NCBI GenBank assembly: GCA_950097015.1
Contig: CATNEN010000039.1
Coordinates: forward strand, 3,906,001 to 3,970,000
Direction: 5' to 3'
Length of the DNA: 64,000 nucleotides
Source: Macrostomum hystrix
Lineage: Eukaryota; Animalia; Platyhelminthes
Positions 11,791-27,201 of this stretch are shown here, piece after piece; the stretch's first letter is position 1, and each line of letters begins with the position of its first letter. A program made the position numbers and the translations under genes. Below the pieces are notes generated by a model. The model was not told the DNA's origin. It was given only the letters and a program-made list of their open reading frames with translations, and made no database searches.

Positions 11791-14358
11791 AGTGCCAGCA
11801 ACGAAAATCGATGTGAATTGCTGTGAATCAAATTTCCGAACTAATTATCAAATTATTAATCCAGAAAGCAACAGTTCTTTGAACAATTCAAACTACTCTA
11901 CTTGAAGTAGGAGCTAGACTATTATTGGATATAAAGACTGACAAATCGTATTTTGTTATTGAAATAAAAGTCCAGGTAAAAACAAAGTTGTGATCAAGTT
12001 GTTACATGCTGTGACACACATAGTTAGTATGATAGGGCCATTGCAAACAGAGGCATATAAATGCACATAATGATCAGAAACAGGCCCAGGTTGATTGCTG
12101 TGATGCTATGGTTGAAATTTTTGAAAAGGGGAGGTCAACAAGCACCTGTGAGATAAGACTGAAGTATATACAAGCGTAGTTATACTTACAATCCCAAAAG
12201 CAAGCAACAGTCAGTTGAGTGGACCCCAATTGGCATCCGTTTGCCCTCAAAGCTGGTCTAGTACCAAAAATATCACCAAAATATAATACATTGTTTCTAC
12301 ATTTGTGGCTTGTAACTTTCCAGAAGGCTATAGTCCTAAAGGTAACTTAATGGACAGTTGGCTTACATATAAACAAATGTATCCCCTACCCTAGGTTTTA
12401 TAGCTAAGCCATCAAAAAGACATCAAATGACTCACATTGGCCTGTTACTTTACCAGAACCATACCCCAAGTTGCAACCAATCCAAAAGTACATAAAAACT
12501 ATTGGTTAAATAGCAAAACTGCATCCAATATCTAGCTACATCTAGCCATATTCTATAGTCTAGACATAGCCCCATACAACTTATTATTTTTTATTTGCTT
12601 CAGCTAAGCTTTAAAAAAAATCTACAACTCACTTTTTGTAAGGCCTACATTGTAGTAAAGAAAGAAAATGAGAAAAAATAAATGAAAGTAAATTAACATT
12701 TTATATAATGTCTTAAATCTTAAACTTTAGTCTAAAGCCTTAAGTCTTAAATCTAAAAAAGTAGCCAAAAAGGCCTAGCTGACAATACTTGTTTAAAAGG
12801 AAATAAGCAATTAAGTTTCAGGCTAATAATAAGCCTGGTTTGTAGGCCACAGGCCAGTCTGTAGACAGTGTATACACATAGGCCTAAGAAACTAGATCCT
12901 AGTAGCTAGTAGTGTTGGTTACAGCTGAAATATTTATATTCTAAATTGTCATATGTAGATTACAAATTACAAATTACAAATCTGTCAACAGACAAGTTGA
13001 TTTATTTGAAGGCAATGAAATTCATGAGCAGATGAATTGCAGATGATTGCATTTTATTTGATGGCCATAATAAAGAGTCTTTTAAATAAGTATAATCTTG
13101 TTTGACTCATGTGCTGCAGACTAAAGTGATGCAGATATAATAAAAACATTTAAGCAATACAAACTTATGCATCACATACATTTTATTGATATGATCATGT
13201 ATTTTGTGATGACCAAAGTGGTAGCAGATTACTTTGTTTCAATTGTTTGTGACGCAGACAAGTTAGTATGAAGTTTTTAAGACTGGAAAATAGCAGAAAA
13301 AATTGTAGCAAACAAAAAAGCTGAAAACATGTAACTTTATTTAAGTTACTAGCATTGGAAAGTCCAAAAAATACAGAAAGACTTGAGGTGGAGTCAAGCC
13401 AATCAGGGCAAACCAATTAGACATATTCTGTTCATGATAACTTTGGAACAAAGTAGCCTATTAAATTTGATATGACAAGTTTACCTAACTTAGAAAAATG
13501 TTTATGTACAGACTATGATGAGGCAATGTCAATGATGAGGCAATGATGAGACAATATATATAGTAAGATAAAGATCTTAGTTGGAGCCATAGTGCTATAT
13601 CTATCAATAAGTTAGAGAGTAGCTAGCTACTAGGAGAAGTAAAGATAGAGGTATAGGCTAATAAAATATTTGTCAGAAGATTTAGGCCCTAGCAAACTTT
13701 AAACTAAGCATAGTAACTGGACTGAAATAATTAATCATTTGAGGATCAAGCCAGTAAGGCCGCTCACCCACTGACCTTAGAAATACTTGTTTAGAAAGAA
13801 GCTAGTCATAGTTTAGGTTTCCCGCTCAAAATTATTAAAAATAAATAAAATAACTTTAAAACAAACGATATATTTCTTTGAATACAAAGGCGGTTGCCAA
13901 TGGCCAATGCTACTGCCATCCATGTCGATAAAATATAAATTTTAGAAAAAAAATAGCGAAGGTTTTGAATAACATAAACATGATTCAGATTAAAAAGACG
14001 AACAAACAGACTAACAAGAAAACCTGAAAAAACTGCATTTTTTTAAAAACAACATGACCGATTATTAACTAACTGTCTGCAAGTGAGGCAGGCCTTATCT
14101 GTGGCATTGTCCCGTTATAAAAAATTTGAATGCTTATAAAAACATAACAAAATAGTTTTGCTAATTTATCTAAATATCAATTAAATAATAAGAATATTAT
14201 TTTAAATTTATCATTTTATTTTCTTTAATTATTTTTAACCAGGCTTTGAAACCATGCAATCTGTTTTAAAAACTTTAGTTTTGTAGACATATGCGGTTTT
14301 AACTTGGACAACGAAATGCATTTTTAACTTGCGATTTGGTTAAGATTGTGCTTTCAAG

Positions 14359-17300
14359 ATGATGAAACTTTTTTCCAAAAGCAAGTCGAAGGAAGGAGCG
14401 GCTGCAGCATCAACTGGCTCTAGCGGTAAAGAGTCCACGGCATATCATGCTATAAAAGAAAAGTCTCTTGATAAAATATATAAAGCTGCTTGGAATGGAG
14501 ATATTAAGAAGCTTAGTTCCTTTCAAAATGACATAAACACACCAGATGCAGAAAAACGGTAAGTTTTATTAACTTTAACACTTCAGTATTTCCTATGAGG
14601 TAATGAGCATTAAAGTGAAAATTTCGTTTTCGGTTCGTATAACAAAGCTTACTGCAATATAATGTAGGTATTATTTTGGTCGTCTGAAATTCAGCTCTTA
14701 AGTTTTAACTCAAATATGCATAAGCTTCGAAGAAAGGGCCCAAATCATCACAAATGGCTACGGCGAGGCTATAGCGAAATAGATCGTAGAAAAGCTTCTG
14801 TGAATTTGAATTTAATTACTTCTTTGAAACTGTCGTGTTTGATCTGTTTGTATAGTGCCAATCGTTTTCCAGCTGCAGCTGTAATTTTACAGCAGATAGT
14901 TCAATTCTGTTATTAGACTTGTTCGATATCAGTTGTCATAAAACATTAGGAAAAAAGTAGAGTCTTGATTCATGCCGGGTACCTAAAATGCATGTTGTTA
15001 TTTAAGGACGGCTTTGCATCTGGCCTGCGCGAACGGACAGGAGAGAGCAGTCGACGTTCTGCTGTCTATGGGTGCCGACGCAAGAGCGCGTGATAGAGAG
15101 GATAAAACTCCCTTGTACCGAGCTGTGCAGGCTAGTCAGGCTCTGTGCATCAGGCTTCTGCTGAAGAAAGTTCCGAAGCTGGCTAAGGATGAGCCGGTAA
15201 GAATTATCTGTGACATTGGGGCATTGCATGTGCCCTCTACTACAGCTGACCCCAGGTTCAGCTTAAGTAATTTGGGGTCGGTGGCAGAGCGGTTTACGCT
15301 TTTGCCTCTCGTGACAAGGTCCCTGAGATCGATTCCGCGGCGAGGCTACATTGAATTGGGGCGCAGCCGCAGAGAGAAGGCTTGGGGGCTTGTTTGCAAT
15401 TTACGGCCTTGAGGGCCAACTTGCAAGGCACTGAGAAGTGTACACTGCCTGACGATGAGAAAGTCAGGGCAGATGTACACACCTGTGTGAGCGCGTGCCT
15501 GCGTACAGTATCTGTGTGCATGTGTGCTCAGGAGTCAGCGAAATGGGCAGAATTGCCTCCTCGCTGGCTTCAGGTCTAGTGTCACGAAATAATGTGTCAT
15601 CATGCCCTCAGCCCTCCTGAAATTATTATTATAATTAATATTATTATTATAACGTCGCTATTACTTTCTCAGCCCTGGTACCAGTAATGGCCTTTAAAAT
15701 GGCAACTAAGTTGTCCCCGAAGTTCAGGATTTTCCTGATTCTTATTCCGTGCACTTCCAACGCAGCCGAACTCTCTGCTGCTGCACATGGCCGTGCAAAA
15801 CGGCAGCACGGAGACGCTGGCGGCTCTGCTGACTGCTCTAGCCGACCATGTTGACGCTGCCGATTCTGGCGGCCGGACCGCCCTCATGCTGGCCTGCGAG
15901 GCTGGCCGAGCCAGCATGGCTGCCGCCCTGCTGGACAAGGGAGCTAGCATGGAGACCGCCGACTCTGCGGGTGAGGACTGGCCGGGTTTGGTATCGGAAT
16001 AGGCTTCGTCTGTATGAAAAATGTCACAAAAACGAAATCTACGAGCGTAGAAGACACAATTCTGATTTTAAAGAAGGCTCACAAGGCAAAGAAGAATACC
16101 TAAAATTAATGAAATGAAATTCCACTGGAAAGGAAAATAGCGCTCGGAAGTAAAATCCTTCTGAAAATAATAATTTAACAAAAAAGGAAATCCCACTTGA
16201 AAGGGTATTCCCCCCGGAAAGGGAAACTCCGTTTAAAATGGAAGTCCTAAAAAATCCCACTTGAAAGTATAATCCCACTTGAAAGGGAAATCCCACTGGA
16301 AAGGGAAATCCCACTGGAAAGGGAAATCCCACTGGAAGGGGAAATCCCACTGGAAGGGGAAATCCCCTGAAAAGGGAATTCCCCCTCGAAAAGGAAATCC
16401 CGCTGGAAAGAAAATCTTAATTGAGATAAAAATCCCAGTTAAAATGAAAGCCCAATCGAGAGGGAAATTTTGACGGAGAATTCAATCCCGAATAGAAAAA
16501 ATTTCACTGAAAATAAATGAAACAAACAAGCAAATCTATATGGAAATATCTCCAATACAAATGGCAGGCCACACCAGTGCTGACTTAGCCAAGGCTCACC
16601 CGGACTGCTTGAAGATTCTGGAATCTCGCCGGGGTGGCGGTCGATCGTCGACGGTCAGCAAGCCGGTCACGCCCAGTGAGAGCTGATGACCGCCTCGAAA
16701 TCTCTATACAAATGCATTCTCTATTAAAGTACATCGACTTGTTTTGCCCTCCGCAGGAAATCGAACCAGCAGCGACTTTGAGGACGATGAGTCAAAATCC
16801 ACTGACTACGACATCCCGGTGGTGAGTAGATTATACCACAGCTTCACGACATGAACCTCCTGGTGTCTTATTTTGTATTGATCTGTATTTCAAAAGATTT
16901 TTCTTTTAAGTAGGAAATTTAGTAATTCGTATTCGCAACACGCTACTCATAGCAGCTGGCTGCTGATAAGCGAAAGGCTCGAGCTGCCACAGCCGTTGCT
17001 GCTGCAACAGCGGCTGACCAATCGGACAAGTCCAACTCTTCGGAGACGCAGCCGGTAAATAGGACGCATGCAGAGTGAAGCTGCTGGTGTTTCCAGGACT
17101 CTAAGTGTGCTTTACTAGATTTTCTACTGTACGCGCAGCTTCAGTAGAAATGGAGGGAAATCGATTTGTTTTTACTTTTCAGCATTTATTTGTACATTTT
17201 CACGAATTGTTAAAAACATTTTTGCATGCATTTCTACTAACAGTAGACTTGCGCATATTTTGTGTAAACAAATCGTCGAAATCTAAACTGAAAAGCATTG

Positions 17301-20300
17301 AAACCACTGAGAATTGAGGAAGCTACCTGGCAAAATGATGCGGAAAATGCTTATTTTAGCCGAAGGCTGTCAGCTCCGCCGGCCGCAGCAGGTCTCCCGT
17401 GGTGAGCCTGGCTGGCGGTAGAAAAGCCATCAGCCTGAATGAACTCCGACAAGGCGAGACTTTGGTGCAACTTTTCGATCCGGGTGAGTGAGGCGCCAAA
17501 TTAGAGCACTCGAGTTAGTCGTTTCGACGGAAACTCAGTTCCCTCAAAACAAGTTCATAAAGCCTAGTCAAGTTCATTAAGTCAAGTGGCATTAGTCAAG
17601 TTCATGTTCGGCAAACATTCGTGTTAAAAGAATGTGTGCAGTAGCATTTATTATAGAGAGAGAGAGAGAGTGGCATTAGTCACAGATGCGAAGAGAGTGG
17701 CATTAGTCACAGATGCGAAGGGAGTGGCATTAGTCACAGATGCGAAGAGAGTGGCATTAGTCACAGATGCGAAGAGAGTGGCATTAGTCACAGATGCGAA
17801 GGGAGTGGCATTAGTCACAGATGCGAAGAGAGTGGCATTAGTCACAGATGCGAAGAGAGTGGCATTAGTCACAGGTGCGAAGAGAGTGGCATTAGTCACA
17901 GATGCGAAGAGAGTGGCATTAGTCACAGATGCGAAGAGAGTGGCATTAGTCACAGATGCGAAGGGAGTGGCATTAGTCACAGATGCGAAGAGAGTGGCAT
18001 TAGTCACAGATGCGAAGAGAGTGGCATTAGTCACAGATGCGAAGGGAGTGGCATTAGTCACAGATGCGAAGAGAGTGGCATTAGTCACAGATGCGAAGAG
18101 AGTGGCATTAGTCACAGGTGCGAAGAGAGTGGCATTAGTCACAGATGCGAAGGGAGTGGCATTAGTCACAGATGCGAAGAGAGTGGCATTAGTCACAGAT
18201 GCGAAGAGAGTGGCATTAGTCACAGGTGCGAAGAGAGTGGCATTAGTCACAGATGCGAAGGGAGTGGCATTAGTCACAGATGCGAAGAGAGTGGCATTAG
18301 TCACAGATGCGAAGGGAGTGGCATTAGTCACAGATGCGAAGAGAGTGGCATTAGTCACAGATGCGAAGAGAGTGGCATTAGTCACAGATGCGAAGAGAGT
18401 GGCATTAGTCACAGGTGCGAAGAGAGTGGCATTAGTCACAGATGCGAAGAGAGTGGCATTAGTCACAGATGCGAAGAGAGTGGCATTAGTCACAGATGCG
18501 AAGAGAGTGGCATTAGTCACAGATGCGAAGAGAGTGGCATTAGTCACAGATGCGAAGAGAGTGGCATTAGTCACAGATGCGAAGAGAGTGGCATTAGTCA
18601 CAGATGCGAAGGGAGTGGCATTAGTCACAGATGCGAAGAGAGTGGCATTAGTCACAGAGTGGCATTAGTCACAGGTGTAACAAGAGCGGCATTAGTCACA
18701 CGAGTGAAGAGAGTGTTAAATAAAACGATAGCCAATTCTCTAAACGTGACCAGAGACGCACAAGATCAGCTCCCTGAAGGTGCCAGTCGTGAAGGACAAG
18801 CGAAAGCGCTCCAGGTCCCAATCGCCAGCCGTCTCGCTGACCGTTTCAGTCGACAGCCTGGGCAGTGATGACGAAGCTGAGCAGAATAAAACTGCATCGG
18901 TACTTGCTGTCATAATTTCTAACCCGAAATTTCACCCCCGGCTTCATCGCAGTTGAGCCGAATTCCAAGAAATCACCGTAGATTTTTGTTTCAAACAAAT
19001 CTCATTAACAATAGTTTGTGGGTAACGAAGCAGTAATGATTTGCGCAGTGTGCGGTGGCGATAAACAATGCTAATTGCCAGTCGGAAACTCAAGATTGCT
19101 TTGCTGCTTATAGAATCATTTAAAAGATTCGGTTTGAGAACGCTGCTCGATTGATGGAAAACCAATTTTATAACTTCACTGAATAATTGCCTATGTATAC
19201 GAGCGTAGATTTAAAAAAACCATACTTTCAAACAAATTTTTATGCTGTGCAGTGCGTAAAATCTTTCATCTGAAGTTCATGATTGCAAGTTATGATTTTC
19301 GCTTTTATATGCCAACCTTCGTTCTGTTTGTGCTGATATTGCTGATATTGTGCTGATATTGTGCTGATAGCAATATCTTGGGTAGAGATTAATGTGTTTG
19401 TTAAGTGTTACAGTTAATAATGAAGTGGCTCGGTATCAAGGGGTGACTGGGGTAGAGAATGAGGTGGCTCGGTTATCAAGGGGTGACTGGGAGTAGAGAA
19501 TGAGGTGGCTCGGTTATCAAGGGGTGACTGGGGGTAGAGAATGAGGAAGCTCTAAATCAAGGGGTGACTGGTTGTAGAGAATGAGGTAGCTCTAAATCAA
19601 GGGGTGACTGGATGTAGAGAATGAGGTGGCTCTAAATCAAGGGTTGACTGCGGGTAGAGAATGAGGTGGCTCGGTTATCAAGGGGTGACTGGAGGTAGAG
19701 AATGAGGTGGCTCTAAATCAAGGGGTGACTGGGGGTAGAGAATGAGGTGGCTCGATATCAAGGGGTGACTGGGGGTAGAGAATGAGGTGGCTCTAAATCA
19801 AGGGGTGACTGGGGGTAGAGAATGAGGTGGCTCGGTTATCAAGGGGTGACTGGAGGTAGAGAATGAGGTGGCTCGGTGTCTTAAATTATCTCTCCCCTTT
19901 CAATTGCCGCCATCCAGAGAGCGGAGCCCCCGCCATTGCGTAAGTCCTTAGCCGCCGTGCCGGAAGCTCCAACGTCGTCGCATCCAGCGGCTGTTGCGCC
20001 TAAAAAGGCGACACCAATGAACTCCCAGCCGGCGCCGACAAAAGCGCCAGCCGCTGCTGCGGCGGCCAGCGGGAACGAGTCAGATTCGGACTGGAGCAAT
20101 TCGCAGAGCGCCGCTGCTCCGGAGTCTGGGGCGAAAATTAACCTCAAATTGGCACTGGAACAACGAATGGCAGCGAAGACAGCAACAGCCGGGCGGGGTG
20201 ACAATGGTCAGGACAATGCTCCCGACGATGATGACGACGACGATGATGATGATGACAACACTGTGGCATCGGATTTTCCTCCGACAACGGCACCTACGCC

Positions 20301-23300
20301 AAGATCAGTTGGAAAGGCGACGCCGAGGGACGTTGTGAGTGATCTCTTGAGTTGCAGTGGAAGCGATTGAGTGTGTGTGGAATGAGGTGTTGAAGGAGGA
20401 GACAGGGCGTGAGGTAGCTGTGGAATGAGGTGTTGAAGAGGAGACAGCGCGTGAGGTGGCAGTGGAATGAGGTGTTAAAGCAGGAGGCAGGGTGTGAGGT
20501 GGCTGTGGAATGAGGTGTTGAAGCAGGAGGCAGGGTGTGAGGTGGCTGTGGAATGAGGTGTTGAAGGAGGAGGCTGGGTGTGAGGTGGCTGTGGAATGAG
20601 GTGCTGAAGGAGGAAGCAGGGTGTGAGGTGGCTGTGGAATGAGTGAGGTAGGTAGTGCCACCGGTTCCTGATGAGTGTATGTCAGAGTAGAAAACTATAA
20701 AACTGAATTGCAGTACCAGCGACAGGACTCAGACTGGGAGGCGTCAGAAATTTCGGAAGCGCCTCTGGCTCCGAAAGCGAAGGTAACCAATCTGCAATCT
20801 GATATTAGCATTGATATAAAACAGTTTTTGACTGTGTGAATCACCATCACACCTAGGAGACAACGGCAACAAAAGCGGAAGACGAAGAGTCAGACTGGGA
20901 CGAGTCTGTGGCTGTGTCCGCCGCGTCTAAGCCGGCTGACAAGATTGGCAAGGTTCGTTGCCTAAAATGCCCGCCTTGGGACGCACGGTTGCCTGTCAGA
21001 ACTATTAGTAACGCACGGTTGCCTGTCAGAACTATTAGGAACACTCGGGTTGCCTGTCAGAACTATTAGGAACACTCGGGTTGCCTGTTAGAACTATTAG
21101 AAAAACTCGGGTTGCCTGTCAGAACTATTAGGATTGTCAGAACTATTAGGAACACTCGGGTTGCCTGTCAGAACTATTAGGAACACTCGGGTTGCCTGTC
21201 AGAACTATTAGGAACACTCGGGTTGCCTGTCAGAACTATTAGGAACACTCGGGTTGCCTGTCAGAACTATTAGGAACACTCGGGTTGCCTGTCAGAACTA
21301 TTAGGAACACTCGGGTTGCCTGTCAGAACTATTAGGAACACTCGGGTTGCCTGTCAGAACTATTAGGAACACTCGGGTTGCCTGTCAGAACTATTAGGAA
21401 CACTCGGGTTGCCTGTCAGAACTATTAGGAACACTCGGGTTGCCTGTCAGAACTATTAGGATTGTAAGAACTATTAGGAACACTCGGGTTGCCTGTCAGA
21501 ACTATTAGGAACACTCGGTTTGCCTGTCAGAACTATTAGGAACACTCGGGTTGCCTGTCAGAACTATTAGGAACACTCGGGTTGCCTGTCAGAACTATTA
21601 GGATTGTAAGAACTATTAGGAACACTCAGGTTGCCTGTCAGAACTATTAGGAACACTCGGGTTGCCTGTCAGAACTATTAGGAACACTCGGGTTGCCTGT
21701 CAGAACTATTAGGATTGTAAGAACTATTAGGAACACTCGGGTTGCCTGTTAGAACTATTGGGAACACTCGGGTTGTCTGTCAGAACTATTAGGAACACTC
21801 GGGTTGCCTGTCAGAACTATTAGGAACACTCGGGTTGCCTGTCAGAACTATTAGGAACACTCGGGTTGCCTGTCAGAACTATTAGGAACACTCGGGTTGC
21901 CTGTCAGAACTATTAGGATTGTAAGAACTATTAGGAACACTCAGGTTGCCTGTCAGAACTATTAGGAACACTCGGGTTGCCTGTCAGAACTATTAGGAAC
22001 ACTCGGGTTGCCTGTCAGAACTATTAGGATTGTAAGAACTATTAGGAACACTCGGGTTGCCTGTTAGAACTATTGGGAACACTCGGGTTGTCTGTCAGAA
22101 CTATTAGGAACACTCGGGTTGCCTGTCAGAACTATTAGGAACACTCGGGTTGCCTGTCAGAACTATTAGGAACACTCGGGTTGCCTGTCAGAACTATTAG
22201 GAACACTCGGGTTGCCTGGCAGAACTATTAGGAACACTCGGGTTGCCTGTCAGAACTATTAGGAACACTCGGGTTGCCTGGCAGAACTATTAGGAACACT
22301 TGGGTTGCCTGGCAGAACTATTAGGATTGTCTGTCAGAACAATTAGGAACGCACGTTGGCGAGCCAGAACGAACAAAAAGACACGGTAGCTGTGAGAACA
22401 TTCAGGATAAATGACGTGCTCCCACCTAAGCAACTACTCACCTGCTCAATCGCTGCTCTTCGACAGGCCGCGGCAGTCAGCAAGTTGTCAGCTGCACGTG
22501 AGGACGAATCTGACTGGGACAATTCCGTCACGGAGGCTCCCAGCAGTGCGGCCGCGGTCAAGCCGATGTCGAAGTCCAGGCCAAATCTGGGTGACACTGG
22601 CCCGGCCTCAGCCATTAGTCTGGAAGCTTCTGCGAGGTCATTGGCGAAGGACGAAGTAATTGCTGGTCCCATTGTGTGAAACACTGAATTAGAGTAGTTG
22701 CAGTTTTTTCTTTATGCAATCTGATTTAAAAATAACATTTTCATCTGGTTAGATCAGCGACTGGGACTCGGCCACAGAGGAGGTTGCGAGCAGTGCCACT
22801 GCTGATTTGCCTTCACTGCGCAAGCAGCAGCAGAAGCAGCAGGAGAATCAGCAGCTGACTGAATCAGCGCGCAATCAAAACGGCCTGCAGTCTATTGAAG
22901 AGGAGGCCGCCATTGTGGCAGCGGCTATCGCCGCCGCTGCAACCGTTGACTCAGTAAGTTCGAGATCCATTTCCACCAAAAACTGCTGGACAGCCACCAC
23001 GCTAGATCTACTGGACTGTAGCGGGTTGCCGAGTTGGCTGCGAGTTCAAGTTTATTTAAGTTCTGTGCCCCAGACAAAGAGCCTTATAAAGGCCAGCGTG
23101 ACTTCTCCATGTCCCCAGCCCCACTGAATATCGCAAACTAATGCGACTGCGCGAGCAGGGGTGACGCATCCGCCCAGATAGTGGCGTGATGTCTGGGGCC
23201 GGCTGTTTGGGGTAGTCTGGCTTACTCTCCGCCACAGGACAGCCATCCCGCTAGATCTATTGGGCAGCCATCCCGCTAGATGTATTGGGCAGCCATCCCG

Positions 23301-26023
23301 CTAGATGTATTGGGCAGCTATCCCGCTAGATGTATTGGGCAGCCATCCCGCTAGATCTATTGGGCAGCCATCCCGCTAGATCTATTGGGCAGCCATCCCG
23401 CTAGATCTATTGGGCAGCCATCCCGCTAGATCTATTGGGCAGCCATCCCGCTAGATCTATTGGGCAGCCATCCCGCTAGATCTATTGGGCAGCCATCCCG
23501 CTAGATCTATTGGGCAGCCATCCCGCTAGATCTATTGGGCAGCTATCCCGCTAGATCTATTGGGCAGCTATCCCGCTAGATCTATTGGGCAGCCATCCCG
23601 CTAGATCTATTGGGCAGCCATCCCGCTAGATCTATTGGGCAGCCATCCCGCTAGATCTATTGGGCAGCCATCCCGCTAGATCTATTGGGCAGCCATCCCG
23701 CTAGATCTATTGGGCAGCCATGCCCAAGATTTTTCAGATAGATAGTTGTGTGAGCCTACTTTTCCTCAAATGGACTTCTATAATCGATCTGTTGAATAAT
23801 ATATTATATTCTTTTCTGCAGCAGAAACAGCAGCAGCAGCCGCCACAGGAGTTGAGGGTCGACGCCACAGACTCTGGCAGAGCTGCGGAGGCCCTCGAGT
23901 TCTGGGATTCTGAAGCCTCCCTTGCCGCCTCTGATGGACCGCCGTCGCATAGACCGGAGGAGGAGACAAAGCCACCGTCACCGAAGCAGCAGCAGCCACT
24001 AAAGTCCCAAAAACAGCCTGAGGAAAATTCGAAAAAAGTCGAAAGCCTGGTGGAATCCATTAGTGATGAAGAAACGGACAATGCGGACACTGATGAGGAT
24101 ATTGACTTTGCTCGCGACGGAGGCGGTAATGCTACTGTGAGCACGGACTGCTCAATGAAGCAGCAAGATTAATAAAGCCATAACTATTGAGACATTAAGC
24201 TATAAGTTTCTGATCTAACAAATTTCAGATAAAATTCGCCGGTAACAACAATGGCAATTCTGATCATGAGGTTCGCAAGCCCGAAGACAGGTGAGTTTTT
24301 CTGCATATTTATCTGCCAAGACAAATTTACTCGTAGCTCAATTGCTTAGGTAAAAGTCATTGGTCACTTTAGGCCCAAAGTTGTGTCACTGGAAGCCGAG
24401 CCGCAAAGCAAGTCTACAGGTGCCATAGAAGCTCGAGTCCAGTCCAACGAGGTTGAACCGGAATCTGCAATTCGAACTGCTCCAGCTGCGGTTACACTGT
24501 GAGTAGAATAGTGAGACGGATCTCAACTGGGGAGATTTGAGATTAATTGGAAATGCTGACGCCCACCTGTTAGAAACAGGTGTCAGCCTGTTAGAAACAG
24601 GTGTCAGCCTGTTAGAAACAGGTGTCAGCCTGTTAGAAACAGGTGTCAGCCTGTTAGAAACAGGTGTCAGCCTGTTGGACACAAGTGTCAACCTGTTAGA
24701 TAGACGTATTAGCCTGTTAGTTGGACGTATCAGCCTGTTAGATACTGGTGTCAGTCTGTTTTGACACAAGTGTCAACCTGTTAGATGCAGGGTCAACCTG
24801 TTAGATGCAGGGTCAACCTGTTAGATGCAGGGTCAACCTGTTAGATGCGAATCTGAAACTCTAAAAAAAAATCAAGCCTCCAATTTTTTCCAGTAGCAGC
24901 AAGCCCAGCAGCCCCAGAGAGCAGCCGCTGCAGCCGCAGCCGCAGCCGCCAGTCCCGGACCAATCGGCGCTGATCGCCCGCCTGCAGTCGGACCTCGCCA
25001 TTGCGGCTGACAGCCTCGCTGAAAGTCGTGCAGAGGCGGGTCGCCTTTCAGCGCAACTCGAACTCGCGACCAATCAACTAGCCGACTCGCGTCACCGTCA
25101 AGCCGATACCGAGGCAAACCTGGACGCAGCGCGCCGTCGTCTTGAAGCCGAGCAGGCCGAGGCAGCGCGCCTCACTGAGCGTCTGCGCGCCGATGCCGCC
25201 GGCGCCGAGGAATTGGTGCGCGCCGATCTGCGCCGGGAGCGCGCCGTGAGCCAGGAAGCCTCGCTGGCATTGGAGGCGGCGCGCGACAAACTGGCCGACC
25301 TTCGACGACGGCTGGAGCTTGAGCGAGAGGAGACTGCAAGGTGATTTTATTAAGGAGTTCGTAGGCTACTCGAATCTTGAGCGCAGAATGACGTCTGAGT
25401 GGCTACTGATTTGAGTTTCAAAGTGCTTGCTCTTCGCTTTCAGACTAAGAGCGGAGCTGCAAGCCAGGGCATCCGCGGTTACCACTACTGGAATCAACGG
25501 CGAGGCATCTGGAGCTTCGGCTGCCGCCGCAGCCGCCGACGCCCTAGCGGAGCTGCGCGAGCGACTATCGGAGACTCGAGCCGAGCTCGCCGTTGCGCGC
25601 AACGCACGCGACGAGGCGTCGGCTGCCGCCGAAGCCGCAACGCGGGCTGCTCGGGCCGACGGCGAACGCGCGGGCATCGCTGAAACATCTCGTCGCTTGG
25701 CTGCGGCGGCGGCTGAGGCGTTGGCAGAGAGCGCGGCTGCGGGCGAGTCAGCGCCTGCGCTGAGGACGAGAATGCGGAAGCTGCTGAGGCTTGTGAGCAA
25801 ACAAGCGCTGAGTTTTAATTAGGCCAACAGCCAATGAATTTTGAAGGCTGATTTCACGATGATTTCTATGACCTTCGGCTGCTCTGACTTAGACTCATTG
25901 AAATGATTTCAGGCGGACCTTGGCCCCGAATTCGAGCCAACCTCCGCTGTCCAGAACCAATCCGAGCCGACCGCTTCTGAGACTGTCTCCGCCAATCAGA
26001 AGGCAGCGTCGTCACCTCCGCCT

Positions 26024-26060
<37 letters not shown>

Positions 26061-27166
26061 CTAACGAGGAACGCAATGGCCTAACTCTGGAGTTTACCAA
26101 TGGTCACGATGTCCTCGATGTCAATGAATCTGTCACGATTGATGCAGTGCGGCATGTGAGTGTTAATCAAGGAGATAATCTTGTCAGGTCTGGCTTTCCC
26201 AGCTATTCATAAGTTTCTATCGAAGCTCTAGTTCTTTACAGTAGAAAGACAGCGAGAATATTTTAAATAGCCTAACTTTTTCAGTATCGCCTAAAATATT
26301 GAACCGATCGCAATGAAAATGCAGAACACAAGCAAAAAGTTTCCGCTTTATCCGATGAAACGACTTCCAGAATGAAAGACACCGGCATCGTCGAGATATT
26401 CACTGATTGTTATCGGGTATGGTGGCAAAAACCACCAATGTAGGCTTTTTTTCTGCTCGCAAAATTTCATTATGCAATCGTGTCGGCTATTATTAAATAT
26501 TATATTTCTGAACCAGTATGGATTCGCCATAGAGGCTTATACAGAACAATGTTATTTGTCTTTGCCATCTGGGGTCTTCGATGAGAATCGCTGACTTGAA
26601 CGGCTTTGCAAGTTGGTTCATTGTAAAGAGCGGAAAAACGTGATCGTCATGGCGCGAATTTGAAAATCAATCATTCGGTTTGGGAGCTACGGTTAAGTAG
26701 GCAGTGGGTACTGTTGAGTTTCATGCGCCCTGAAGTACTCGCAAGCGGCCTGAAGGGTGCAGTCGAGAGTTTTTTGGGGATTATTCAAAACCAAGATCCA
26801 GGTCGACGGCCTCTGAAACCCTCTCGATGCCCGATCCTGATAATGCCAGATGAGCGCGGACCAGCTCCGCCAGGCCTGCCTGCAGCTCAGCGCCGCCTGC
26901 GATCATCACCGCCAGGGTCACGACCAGGAGCGGCGGCTACGAAGGAAGCTGACGGAGGAGCTGCAGCGGCTGAGCAACGCGGAGGCGCACGCGGCTGCGG
27001 CGCTCAGCCTGGAGAAGGAGCGTGCCAGGGCCATCGCTTCGTCGCGCGCTTTCCTCGCCGATGCGCACCTGACAGGTGTCTCCCGGCTGCCGCCGCCGCC
27101 GCCGCCACTCCAGCCACCCGCTGCAGGACAGATGGCACCGTTGCTACCGCTACAAGGACAGTCTAC

Positions 27167-27201
<35 letters not shown>

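Noticed and set aside
17634-18668. (RVALVTDAK)n / (TNATLFASV)n ORFs
   Set aside because: Intronic 27-bp satellite inside the ANKRD26-like gene.
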